Source: Octopus bimaculoides (Eukaryota). From it: DNA of 55,809 nt. Of this stretch, positions 25,233 to 37,483 are shown piece after piece. Numbering within the stretch: the stretch's first letter is position 1; the number at the start of each line of letters is the position of its first letter. The notes beneath the pieces were generated by a model. That model was not told the DNA's origin. It made no database searches and worked only from the letters and a program-made list of their open reading frames with translations. The translations under genes and the position numbers were made by a program. Location: the NCBI RefSeq assembly GCF_001194135.2, contig NC_068985.1, positions 95,668,803 through 95,724,611 on the forward strand, given 5' to 3'.

Positions 25233-25430
25233 GGAGAATTTACGAAAAAAAACAACAGACGAAGACAGGTGGTGTAAACAACAAATGGATGTATTAGTTT
25301 AACGCTCAGGAATAGAGAAAGTCTTTGACGTTTCGAGCCTACACTCTTCAACAGAAAAGAACACAGAAAGAAATAAGGAGAAAAAAAATATAAATGTAGT
25401 GGTCAGCGATCTATCATGGCGAATGGAGGG
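25233..25430 (-). mobile_element. Penelope-like terminal repeat remnant with hammerhead-like motif
   Basis: Contains the motif at 25322-25360; downstream part shared with 52166-52352. Confidence 0.55.
25322..25360 (-). ncRNA. Hammerhead-like motif, variant core (A6U)
   Basis: UCUUUU-CUGUUGA-A-GAGU(GUAG)GCUC-GAAA-CG-UC-AAAGA. Confidence 0.55.
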
Positions 25431-25606
25431 AGGAGCCAGTCAATTAGACTGACTCCAGTATGCAACTGGTACTTAATTTATCAATCCTGAAAGGATGAAA
25501 GGCAAAGTCGACCTCGGTGGAATTTGAACTCAGAACATAAAGACAGACGAAATACTGCTAAGCATTTCATCCGGCATGCTAACATTTCTACCAGCTCGCC
25601 ACCTTA
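25430..25606 (-). mobile_element. SINE family B
   Basis: Reverse complement starts aggtggcgagctggtagaa, B box GTTCAAATTCC. Confidence 0.9.
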
Positions 25607-25924
25607 TAAATTATATAATATTAACACGTGTTTCACTCACATATACTAGTATATAGTGCAGTAATCATTGCAATGTATATTCACATTGAAATGCCAGATC
25701 TTCAGAAAAAAATAGTAATTTAATCCATTGTTAATGACCAACCTCAGGTAATAGGCAGAGCTGATGGGCTTCTTTCAGTTTCCATCAACTAAATTTCACA
25801 AAAAAGGCAGCAGTCAGCTCAAAATTTTGTAGAAGACACCAGATAATAGTTTACATAAGAGGAATGAACTCAAAGCCACATGATTCTGAAACAAAACTTT
25901 CTAACCACACAGCTATAGTTGTTC

Positions 25925-26095
25925 TTATTGTCTATATTTGAACCACTGCCTATATTTCATCTAATGTCTATATTTGACCAACTTTCTATATTTGAATCAG
26001 TGTCAATATTTTGTCCATCATTCATACTTGACCCACTGCCAATATTTGAACCATGGTCTATATTTGATCTGTTGTCTATATCTGATATAATGTCT
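25925..26095. repeat. Degenerate 18-bp minisatellite (~9 units)
   Basis: Recurrent tctatatttga at 18-nt spacing. Confidence 0.75.
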
Positions 26096-26163
26096 AAAAA
26101 CTGTTTGTATTTAAGAGATACAACGCTGTTGTTTTATGGGAATTGAAACTTTGAAAATATAAT

Positions 26164-26534
26164 TCTTTCTACTATAAGCACAAGGCCTGGATTTTTTGTG
26201 GGGAGGGGACCAGTCAATTACATCAACCCCAGTGCATAACTGGTACTTGATTTATCGACCCCGATAGGATGAAAGGCAAAGCCGACCCCGTCAACATTTG
26301 ATCTCAGAACGTGAAGACATGAAATACTGCTAAGTATTTCACCCATCATGCTAATGTTTCTACCAGATCACTGCCTGAAGCATTGAAAATATAATCTTTT
26401 TTTTTTTCTACTCTAGGCACAAGGTCCAAAATTTTGGGGGAGGGGGGCAGTTGATTAGATCAACCCCAGTATGCAACTGGTACTTAATTTATCAAACTAG
26501 AAAGGATGAAAGGCAAAGTCAAACTTTGTGGAAA
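26164..26534 (-). mobile_element. Two tandem SINE B copies (26164-26380; 26396-26534)
   Basis: Separated and flanked by three copies of ttgaaaatataat. Confidence 0.88.
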
Positions 26535-26563
26535 CATTGAAAATATAATACCATCATGCTGAT

Positions 26564-26854
26564 TATTTACATTATTTACATTTGACAGATATTTGTCCTC
26601 ATCCTATTTGTTGTTGACACAACGTTTCAGCTAATATACCCTCCGGCCTTCATCAGGTGTCTTGGGGAAATTTTGAACCTGGGTTCTCATTCCTAAGGTA
26701 TTTTTCAATATTATTATTATTATCATTATTATTATTATTATTATTCAGGTCACTGCTTGGAATCGAACTCAGAAGATGAGGATAAATATCCGTCAAATGT
26801 AAATTATGTAAATAATGTACATAATTCCGCATCTCTTAAATATAGAACTGACAG
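26564..26854. mobile_element. SINE D inverted composite (minus 26564-26774 plus plus-strand 3' end 26773-26850)
   Basis: 13-bp TSD ccatcatgctgat at 26551-26563 and 26855-26867. Confidence 0.9.
26616..26661 (-). ncRNA. Minimal type I hammerhead motif in SINE D, intact core
   Basis: GACAC-CUGAUGA-A-GGCCG(GAGGGUAUAU)UAGCU-GAAA-CG-UU-GUGUC; perfect 5-bp stem I, weakened stem II. Confidence 0.75.
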
Positions 26855-27324
26855 CCATCATGCTGATGCAAAAAGATTTTAAAAACATATAACCATTCCA
26901 ATTCCTCTCAACATCACTTGCTATTTCTGCCATCTCTAAACATCTCCCCTCATACACTTATGGAACATCCTCTCTATCCCCTTGGTGCTATGTATACTAC
27001 CCCCACTGCTCCCTGTGGGCAGGTCCTCTCTCTCTCTCTCTCTCACTCTCTCTGTCTTTCTATTTCTCTCTTTAACTCTCTCCTGTTTTCCTCTCTTTCC
27101 TTGTCCTCCTGGGGCAGCCAAGTATCTTTTTGGTAGTAAAATAACTGCTTCTGTCCCTCTATCATACTCTAATCTTTCGGTTCTGCTCCCTCTCCCTGCT
27201 GAAGAAGCCTTTGCCTATTGATCTCGTAGGTGCTGGTATGAAAGGCAACTGTATTGGGGACCACATACAAAGTACCCTTGCAAGTGACACATGAAAAATA
27301 AAAAACAAAAAACAGTACACTCCA

Positions 27325-27972
27325 TGAAGTGGTTTGCATTAGGAAGGGCATCCAACCATTAGAAACTAGGCCACAACAGTCAAGCGGGGCCTGGTGTAGC
27401 TCTCAGCCTTACCAGCTCCGGTCAAACTGCCCAACCCATGCCAGCATGGAAAGTGGTCATTTGATGATGATGATGATGACGATGATGACGATGATGATGA
27501 TGACAATGATGATGATGATGACGACGACGATGATGACAATGATGATGATGACGATGATGATGATGACGATGATGATGACAATGATGACGATAATGATGAT
27601 GACGATGATGACGACAACGACGACGACGACAACGATGATGGCAATGATGATGACAATGATGATGACGATGATGACAATAATGATGACGACGATGATGATG
27701 ACGATGATGACGATGATGAAGACGACGATAATGATGACAACAATGATGACGACGATGAAGATGATGACGATGATGATGATGATGCCGCCGCCGCCGCCAC
27801 CGACGACGACGACAATGACAATGACGACGACGATGATAATGATAATGACAACGACGATGATGATAATGATGACGACGACGACGACGACAACGACAACGAC
27901 GACAACGACAACGACGACAACGACAACGACGACAACGACAACAATGACGATGACGACAACGACGATGATGAT
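27325..27972 (+). mobile_element. Family C 3' end whose tail expands into ~510 bp of (GAT/GAC/AAC)n
   Basis: gtggtttgcattaggaagggcatcc...ggaaagtggtcattt followed by the array at 27461-27972. Confidence 0.85.
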
Positions 27973-28137
27973 TTCAAGAAAGAATAACAGCTGTTAGCAA
28001 ACACATAACTATGTCCTTTAAGTTCTTGACTTGAGATGAAGGCAATGCAAAAAATGTGGACAAATATTCACATATGATCGTCTCGCCAGGTTTTCTTCTC
28101 TGATCTTTCTCCTCTTATTCTTTATCACACTTCCTTT

Positions 28138-28189
<52 letters not shown>

Positions 28190-28577
28190 CCTCTCTTTCT
28201 CTTCTCCATCATCACACTCGAAGCAGACACTTTCTTCAAACCATCAGAATTAAGAATTTAAATTAAAATGTCAAAGTATGTTTTAGCAATCTTCAACATC
28301 CTTGAAATTAGATGTTTTCATTTCAAATTGCTCTTTGAAATAATGATTTATTTTGACTGGACATAAGGTCAAGTCGGCGTTACGTCTGTTATTTTCCTCC
28401 AGGTCATCCTTGATAAAGAAAATTCATGATCAAAGATATTCTTTGATCAATCTGTTCTTGTTATTTTTTTAATTTCATATCTTGTTTTGTTTTGTTTTTT
28501 TTTTTATTCAGACGTGGAGCCTCAAGAACCACATTATGAAATGTTTCCTTTATTTTATAAGAAGGTAGGGTCTAAAG

Positions 28578-29465
28578 TAGCTGTTCTCAACCAGGGTCCG
28601 TATCACCCTTGGGGGTACACAAAGGATTTGTTAGTGGCTATGTGGTAAGTAGCTTGCTTACCAACCACATGGTTCCGAGTTCAGTCCCACTGCGTGGCAC
28701 CTTGAGCAAGTGTCTTCTACTATAGCCTCGGGCCGACCAAAGCTTTGTGAGTGGATTTGGTAGAAGGAAACTGAAAGAAGCCCGTCGTATATATGTATAT
28801 ATATGTATGCATGTGTGTGTATATGTTTGTGTGTCTGTGTTTGTTCCCCCAGCATCGCTTGACAACCGATGGTGGTGTGTTTACATCCCTGTAACTTAGT
28901 GGTTTGGCAAAAGAGACCGATAGAATAAGTACTAGGCTTCCAAAGAATAAGTCCTGGAGTCGATTTGCTCGACTAAAAAGGTGGTGCTCCAGCATGGCCG
29001 CAGTCAAATGACTGAAACAAGTAAAAGAGTAAAAGAGTAATAAATTGGCTGCACTTCTACACCACACCAAATATTTTAACAATTTCTTTGAATGCAATTC
29101 CTAATAATATTTTATTATTTTATTCTTTTACTTGTTTCAGTCATTTGACTGTGGCCATACTGGAGCACCACCTCAAATGATTTTTTAGTCAAAGAAATCA
29201 ACCCCAATGATGGACTTCTTTCAGTTTCCATCTACCAAATCCACTCACAACCCTTTCGTTGGCCTGAGGCTATAGTAGAAGACACTTGCCCAAGGTGCCA
29301 TGCAGTGGGACTGAATCCTGAGTTACTACACGGCCACACCTGTGCCAATTATTTGAGAATACAAAATATAAGATCTTTCTTAAACATCAAATGGCTACGA
29401 GGGTCCAGTTGAATAAAATAGGAATCAAAGAGGTCCATAGGCCAAAATATAGATGAGAACCAAGG
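28578..29465. mobile_element. Old hAT-type MITE split by two SINE A copies (+ 28634-29040; - 29118-29345)
   Basis: Ends tagctgttctcaac / gatgagaaccaagg resemble cagtggttctcaac TIRs; no TSD found. The SINE copies themselves are clear. Confidence 0.55.
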
Positions 29466-29986
29466 GCCCAACACAAGGGAAATCTAGCTGTTATTTGTTG
29501 CAGGTTAAGCAACAGCATACAGGCTCTCTAGTTACCCAGCAAGGCCAAGAGGAGTGGATAAAATCAATTATCAGGCATAGGAGTGGTTGTGTGGTAAGTA
29601 GCTTGCTTACCAACCACATGGTTCCAGGTTTCCATTGTTCACTATTTTCCTCTTGTTCTGGTCTAACGACCCTCCATGTTTGTTTTTGCTTCGTTCGGTT
29701 TCCTTGTCTGTCTTCACTGTCATTTTTTAGTTCCCAACTTTGACCCTTCATAAATCCTAAATTTTATTTTAGAATTTATAGGAGCAACTGTCTTTGAATG
29801 CTCAAAATGAGGAGTAGATAGACAGCCAACAACTGATGAAGGGTCCTTTCTCTGTGTTAACTTGTCCTGTTTTCCATTTTTTTTTTTGTTTCTGTATTTC
29901 ACTCGTTTTCCTTCATTTGTTTATATATTTCATGTTATCTGCACTGTTGGTGACAGCCTGTACCCATATATGCATGTGTATATGTA

Positions 29987-30025
<39 letters not shown>

Positions 30026-30959
30026 NNNNNNNNNNNNNNNNNNNNNNNNNNNNNNNNNNNNNNNNNNNNNNNNNNNNNNNNNNNNNNNNNNNNNNNNNNN
30101 NNNNNNNNNNNNNNNNNNNNNNNNNNNNNNNNNNNNNNNNNNNNNNNNNNNNNNNNNNNNNNNNNNNNNNNNNNNNNNNNNNNNNNNNNNNNNNNNNNNN
30201 NNNNNNNNNNNNNNNNNNNNNNNNNNNNNNNNNNNNNNNNNNNNNNNNNNNNNNNNNNNNNNNNNNNNNNNNNNNNNNNNNNNNNNNNNNNNNNNNNNNN
30301 NNNNNNNNNNNNNNNNNNNNNNNNNNNNNNNNNNNNNNNNNNNNNNNNNNNNNNNNCTGCTGCAATAGCTCATTAGACAAGATTTTTAGTTAGTCTTGGA
30401 GACATTTGAATACAGAAACCAGAGGAAGGGTACAAAATACCATATGTTCCACTCCTTTCTCTATTTTTCTTGAATTCATCATCTCACAACTTTTGTCTGA
30501 GAAATAATAAATCAAGAATTTTCTTATGTTTTACAAGAATTTGTAAGGCATTTGTTTTTGCTTTTTGGGGGGTATTTTTCATTTTTTTTTTTTTTGGTCT
30601 TCTTTTTATTCTTTCCAGCCCATTGTTGGCGCTAACCATCTCCAGAAATACTTTCAATAACATTTTTAATGAACCAATAACATTATAACGAAATGTCAAC
30701 AGTTTAATTAAATATTGAAGCACTGCTAAAATCATGGCTGACAGGATGGCAATGACATTTGCAGACAAATCAAGTTTATTTTCAATTACTGTTTAATCAA
30801 TAGTTCGACAGATCTCCAGTGTATTCTTTATCTATTGTCTGGAAAATTGAGAGAACAGCTTTCTTCCCATAGACTTGTGCTACATACACAGCATTCTATC
30901 AGATGTCCTTTGTATTGCTCTTACAATCACAGTTCTTTACTAAATGAGATGCTACGAGT

Positions 30960-31500
30960 CATCATCATCATCATCATCGTCGTCATCATCGTCATCGTCA
31001 TCATCATCATCGTCGTCATCGTCATCGTCATCATCATCGTCATCATCATCATCGTTGTCATCATCATCGTCATCATCATCATAGTCATCGTCATCATCGT
31101 CATCATCATCATCATCACCACCATCTACTCTCTGTGTTTCCAGAATTTGTTGAAGTGGGTTTTTTTTTTATACAGCTGGATGCCTTTCCTGTCATCAACA
31201 CTCACCAGTTTGCAAGTAAGGGAATATACCACCACCACCCCCTTCATGAGCAGAGACAGGTTTTCACAGTCTTCAATACTATATCCCTGCTCAGTTGAGG
31301 GGCCCGTCTTGCAAATATTTTGGGTACCACAACAAAAGCCCCCAGTACAATCCGTAAAGTGGTTGGCATTGGGAAGGGTATCCAACAGTAGAAACCATAC
31401 CAAAGCAGACCTTAGGGCTTGGCACAGCTCTCTGGCTCATCAGTTCCTGGCGAGCTATCCAACTCATGTCCACATGGAAGAAAAGACATTAAGTGATGTC
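30960..31500. mobile_element. Two old family C fragments (- with (CAT/CGT)n tail; + 31355-31500)
   Basis: cagctggatgcc and gtggttggcattgggaagggtatcc motifs. Confidence 0.65.
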
Positions 31501-32081
31501 GTTGATACATACATATATACACACAGAATCTCGAAAAACTTTCTCTTCATTGCATTCTAAGACAGAGGGGAGAACACTTCAGGTGGGGAGGTATGCTATG
31601 TGGTAGAAATGAAGGCAGGACAAGGGATGTGGATGGGGAGAAGAAAATTGTGGTTTATGCAAATAATTTGCGGCAACAGACACAGATGATGTGAATAATG
31701 CATAGATTGGCGGTGAGAAGTTAGAGAGAGAAGTATCTGGTAATGGAAACAGTAGAATATTATTGTAATTGGAATCAATATAGGATTTGCATATTTTGTT
31801 TCATAATATTGATCTTGGATGATGATGGTAATATTGGTGCCAGGAAATTACAGAACATTAGGCAACAGGAGGAGAAGAAAGATAAAGATGGTGTAATGCT
31901 AATAGGAATCGGTGTTGTTTTATTTTTTTTTTATTATGGGATAAACATTACAGATGTTAAACACAAGCAGACGTCTGTGACACAGATGCTGCCTTACCTG
32001 TAATTTTACCATTAAAGAACATGAAGAAACATCTCGGCAGTCACTCAACATGCTAGAAATAACAATCAAATCTTCCTCAAT

Positions 32082-32240
32082 TTGGAAAGTGGTTAGCATT
32101 AAGGGGAAACATCCAGTTGTATATACTATAACGAAGCAGACATTGAAGCTTGACAGCATTCTCTGGTTCATTGGTACCCGTCAAACTATCCAACCCATGC
32201 CAGCATAGAAAAGCAGATGTTAAATGGTGGTGGTGGTGGG
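32082..32240 (+). mobile_element. Family C 3' fragment
   Basis: gtggttagcattaagggg...aacccatgccagcatagaaaagcagatgttaaa. Confidence 0.7.
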
Positions 32241-32410
32241 TGGTGGATGGTGGTGGTGGTGATGGTAGTAGTTGTGGTGATGGTAGTGATTGTGGTGGTA
32301 CTGATTGTGGCGGTGGTAATTGTGGTGGTAGCAGTGGCGGTGGTGGTGGTGTTAATGTGTGTGTATGTGAGTGTGTGAGTGTGTATGTGAGTGTGTGTGT
32401 GTGTATGAAT

Positions 32411-32449
<39 letters not shown>

Positions 32450-32611
32450 NNNNNNNNNNNNNNNNNNNNNNNNNNNNNNNNNNNNNNNNNNNNNNNNNNN
32501 NNNNNNNNNNNNNNNNNNNNNNNNNNNNNNNNNNNNNNNNNNNNNNNNNNNNNNNNNNNNNNNNNNNNNNNNNNNNNNNNNNNNNNNNNNNNNNNNNNNN
32601 NNNNNNNNNNN

Positions 32612-32663
<52 letters not shown>

Positions 32664-32864
32664 TGTATATTCACTGAAAGACATAAATATTGGCAAAAAA
32701 GCTGGAAAACTCGTTGCTATTTGGATGAAGTCATTTCTGACATTTGTTCTCCTCCAAGTTACCCAGAACTTTCTCGTCCCTGTTCTTGTTAGAAATGCAG
32801 TGGACCAATGAGTGGTCTATTTGGAAAATGGAACCATTAATGGTATTCTCCCCTAATTGCAATA

Positions 32865-33010
32865 TCATCATCATCATTGTCATCTTTTAACATCCGTTTT
32901 TCCATCCTAGCATGGGTTGGACAGTTTGACAGGAACTGAAAAGCCAGAGAGCTGCACCAAGCTCCAATCATCTGTTCAGGCAAGGTTTCTACATCTGAAT
33001 GCCTATCTTA
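32865..33010 (-). mobile_element. Family C 3' fragment
   Basis: tttaacatccgtttttccatcctagcatgggttgg. Confidence 0.75.
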
Positions 33011-33222
33011 ATGATATAAACAAATAAATATACATTGGCCCCTGTAGATGAAGGGCCCACAGATTTCTTGCTGAACAAGCTGCACAGACAATTCCTTTAT
33101 GGTGATCAAATGTTTCTATAGTATCTTAGCTCCCTCCCGCATTTTAACTCGACACTGCTTGTACAGATCTATCTATCTATTTATCCATCTATCTGTACAT
33201 ACACACACACACATATATATAT

Positions 33223-33379
33223 AGGCGCAGGAGTGGTTGTCGTAAGTAGCTTGCTTACCAATCACATGGTTCCAGGTTGAGTCCCACTGCGTAGCACCTT
33301 GGGTGTCTTCTACTATAGCCCCTGGTTGATCAAAACCCTGTGAGTGGATTTGGTAGATGGAAACTGAAAGAAGCCCATC

Positions 33380-33452
<73 letters not shown>

Positions 33453-33462
33453 NNNNNNNNNN

Positions 33463-33502
<40 letters not shown>

Positions 33503-33698
33503 GTGTCTGTGTTTGTCCCCCCATCATTACTTGACAACTGATGTTAATGTGTTTATGTCCCCGTAACTCAGTGATTCAGCAAAAGAGACTGATAGAATAA
33601 GTACTAGGGTGACAAACAATAAGTCCTGGGGTCGATTTGTTTGACTAAAGGCAATGCTCCAGCATGGCCACAGTCAAATGACTGAAACAAATAAAAGA
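33223..33698 (+). mobile_element. SINE family A, full length
   Basis: aggcgcaggagtggttg head to gactgaaacaaataaaagaa tail. Confidence 0.92.
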
Positions 33699-33727
33699 AT
33701 ATATATATGTATATATATATATATAAT

Positions 33728-33942
33728 CTTTTCTACTCTAGGCACAAGGCCCGAAATTTTGGGGGAGGGGGCAAGTCAATAAGATTGACTCCAGTATGCA
33801 ACTGGTACTTAATTTATCGACCCCAAAAGGATGAAAGGCAAAGTCGACCTCGGCCGAATTTGAACTCAGAACATAAAGACAGACAAAATAGCGCTAAGCA
33901 TTTCACCTGGCATGTTAAACTTTCTGCCAGCTCACCACTCAT
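33728..33942 (-). mobile_element. SINE family B, full length
   Basis: ttctactctaggcacaaggccc...ctgccagctcaccac. Confidence 0.92.
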
Positions 33943-35448
33943 ATNNNNNNNNNNNNNNNNNNNNNNNNNNNNNNNNNNNNNNNNNNNNNNNNNNNNNNNN
34001 NNNNNNNNNNNNNNNNNNNNNNNNNNNNNNNNNNNNNNNNNNNNNNNNNNNNNNNNNNNNNNNNNNNNNNNNNNNNNNNNNNNNNNNNNNNNNNNNNNNN
34101 NNNNNNNNNNNNNNNNNNNNNNNNNNNNNNNNNNNNNNNNNNNNNNNNNNNNNNNNNNNNNNNNNNNNNNNNNNNNNNNNNNNNNNNNNNNNNNNNNNNN
34201 NNNNNNNNNNNNNNNNNNNNNNNNNNNNNNNNNNNNNNNNNNNNNNNNNNNNNNNNNNNNNNNNNNNNNNNNNNNNNNNNNNNNNNNNNNNNNNNNNNNN
34301 NNNNNNNNNNNNNNNNNNNNNNNNNNNNNNNNNNNNNNNNNNNNNNNNNNNNNNNNNNNNNNNNNNNNNNNNNNNNNNNNNNNNNNNNNNNNNNNNNNNN
34401 NNNNNNNNNNNNNNNNNNNNNNNNNNNNNNNNNNNNNNNNNNNNNNNNNNNNNNNNNNNNNNNNNNNNNNNNNNNNNNNNNNNNNNNNNNNNNNNNNNNN
34501 NNNNNNNNNNNNNNNNNNNNNNNNNNNNNNNNNNNNNNNNNNNNNNNNNNNNNNNNNNNNNNNNNNNNNNNNNNNNNNNNNNNNNNNNNNNNNNNNNNNN
34601 NNNNNNNNNNNNNNNNNNNNNNNNNNNNNNNNNNNNNNNNNNNNNNNNNNNNNNNNNNNNNNNNNNNNNNNNNNNNNNNNNNNNNNNNNNNNNNNNNNNN
34701 NNNNNNNNNNNNNNNNNNNNNNNNNNNNNNNNNNNNNNNNNNNNNNNNNNNAACAGGAACTAAACCACAGTTATTTTGTGTTCTTTGCTACATTGGTTTC
34801 TATTAACTCATTTATTCTATCCGAAGAATTTTTATTCATTAAGATAGAAGAAATACACATAATTATATATATATATATATTTGTGTTTCTAAGCGTTTTT
34901 TGACATATATCTTTTCTATATGTTTGCATGTCCCACATGCTATACCTTCATTTATGTATTCTTTTTTACTACTATTATTATTTTTTCCTCCTGTACCCTT
35001 ATTTGTATATTTTATTTTTATTTTTATTTATATTTTGATTTCAATTGTATTTTTATTTTTATTTCTATCTTATTNNNNNNNNNNNNNNNNNNNNNNNNNN
35101 NNNNNNNNNNNNNNNNNNNNNNNNNNNNNNNNNNNNNNNNNNNNNNNNNNNNNNNNNNNNNNNNNNNNNNNNNNNNNNNNNNNNNNNNNNNNNNNNNNNN
35201 NNNNNNNNNNNNNNNNNNNNNNNNNNNNNNNNNNNNNNNNNNNNNNNNNNNNNNNNNNNNNNNNNNNNNNNNNNNNNNNNNNNNNNNNNNNNNNNNNNNN
35301 NNNNNNNNNNNNNNNNNNNNNNNNNNNNNNNNNNNNNNNNNNNNNNNNNNNNNNNNNNNNNNNNNNNNNNNNNNNNNNNNNNNNNNNNNNNNNNNNNNNN
35401 NNNNNNNNNNNNNNNNNNNNNNNNNNNNNNNNNNNNNNNNNNNNNNNN

Positions 35449-35488
<40 letters not shown>

Positions 35489-36159
35489 GCAGATGATGAT
35501 GATATGCATGTATATATAACACACACACACACATATATATATACACCGTATTGAGGTTATAGGTGATGAGTCACTCACACTGAGGTCCATTGATGTGTCA
35601 ACCCCACAATATTGATTATTTGGCAATAACCAGGAAAACTGTCAGAAGATTCTCTGTGTGTTTATATAAAGATTACTGAAATCTATATTAACTTCAAATG
35701 AATTGCAACGATTCTTCTAACTGTTTTTGCTGTTTAGCCCCAGGCAACCTCAGATGAAGCAGACCTGTGATCAAAAGATTTCATTGATTGACCATTCACT
35801 TTTGTTTTGAGAAATTGTGAAGAACTTACATTAATCAATATATCCTTCCAATTTTTGTAACAGTTTGATTTGAGGCAGATATAGTTGCTATTTCTAGCAT
35901 GTCATGTGATCACGTATAAGCTCCCATGATAGCTTTATCTTCAACTGTTATTTCTGTTGTTGTTTAACACCAGGCCAGCTCTAACTGAGCATGCCTATGA
36001 TCAATGGGATTTTGAACCACAATCACATATCCATTACATATCTAGAACATTTCCACAGTATGTCCTTCTTTAATTGAGATTGTAAGGCAGATTTAGCAGC
36101 TGTTTCTAGTGGCTTGAGTGACTACTTGGAGTCTTCCTGGCTAAATTCTTTATCTTCTA

Positions 36160-36398
36160 CCTTCTATTTGTTCCAGTCAATGGAATGTGGCCATGCTGGG
36201 GCAGTGTCTGAAAGGATTTTAGTCGAACAAATTAATCTCAGACCTAAATTTTTTTTTTCAAGACTGGTATTTATTCTATTGGTCTCTTTTGCTGAACCAC
36301 TAAGTTACAGAGACATAAACGAATGAACACTGGTTGTCAAACAATTCGAGAAAGAAACACAAGCAGAAATGCATTCATGCACACACATACATGCACAT

Positions 36399-36430
<32 letters not shown>

Positions 36431-36524
36431 CCATTATCATCATCATCATCATCATTTAACATCAATGTTCTCTGCTGACATGGGTTTTGAACAGTGTGTG
36501 TGTGTGTGTGTGTGTATATGTATG

Positions 36525-36577
<53 letters not shown>

Positions 36578-37205
36578 TTTTATTCTTTTACTTGTTTCAG
36601 TCATTTGACTGCAGCCAAGCTGGAGCACCGTCTTTAGTCAAATAAATTAACCCCCAGGACTTATTCTTTGTAAGTGTAGTAGTTATTCTATTGGTCTCTT
36701 TTGCCAAACCGCTAAGTTACGGAGATGTAAACACACCAGCATTCGTTGTCAAGCAATAGTGGGAGGACAAACAGATACACACAAATGTATACATATATAT
36801 ATATACATATATACATATATATATATATGTGCCAAGCTTCTTTCAGTTTCCGTCTAGCAAATCCACTCACAAGGCATTGGTTGGCTTGCGGCTAGACTTG
36901 CCCAAGGTGCCACACACTGGGACTGAACCCGGAACCATATGGTCTGGAAGCAAGCTTCTTACCACACACCCACACCTCTGCCTATGTATGTATATATATA
37001 TATATATATATATGAGTGTATGCGTGAAGTTATGCAACTATATGTATGTGATGAACTTCCACACAGTTTCCATCTACCAAATTCACTCGCAGGGCATAGG
37101 TCGGCCCATGGAGCTACAGCAGATAACACTTGCTCAAGCTGCTATGCAGTGGGACTGAACCCCAAACCATGAAGTTTCTAAACAAGCTCCTTAACCACAC
37201 AGCCA
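36160..37205 (-). mobile_element. Cluster of three SINE A copies (36160-36345, 36577-36985, 37055-37205)
   Basis: Each aligns to the A consensus. Confidence 0.85.
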
Positions 37206-37420
37206 TATCTTGTGTATGTGATCGTTATTTGAATAGATTTTCCAGTAATAGCCATCAGCATCTAATAACTGAAAGAGATTGCATTGTTATGTATTGTTAT
37301 GTACCTGTTTGCCTGAATGTATTTTTATTATTCAACATTGTGTAATTCTTTTCATTTGCTGTTTAACTGCAAACTAACCCATTGTATGCCATGTTGAACA
37401 CGGCTGGGTCAAGGACCTAC

Positions 37421-37483
37421 CATTTCAATACCTCGATAACAGTGCAACATTTCAAAAGTAACATTAGTTTTGTGCTTCGTAAT
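37421..37483 (-). CDS. Candidate internal coding exon, unidentified (ITKHKTNVTFEMLHCYRGIEM)
   Basis: Strong acceptor tttttttttcattatctcag, strong donor ATG|gtaggt, 63 nt, open frame, unique sequence. Confidence 0.45.

Noticed and set aside
27195-27230. CTGAAGA motif
   Set aside because: No GAAA or stem III/I pairing downstream
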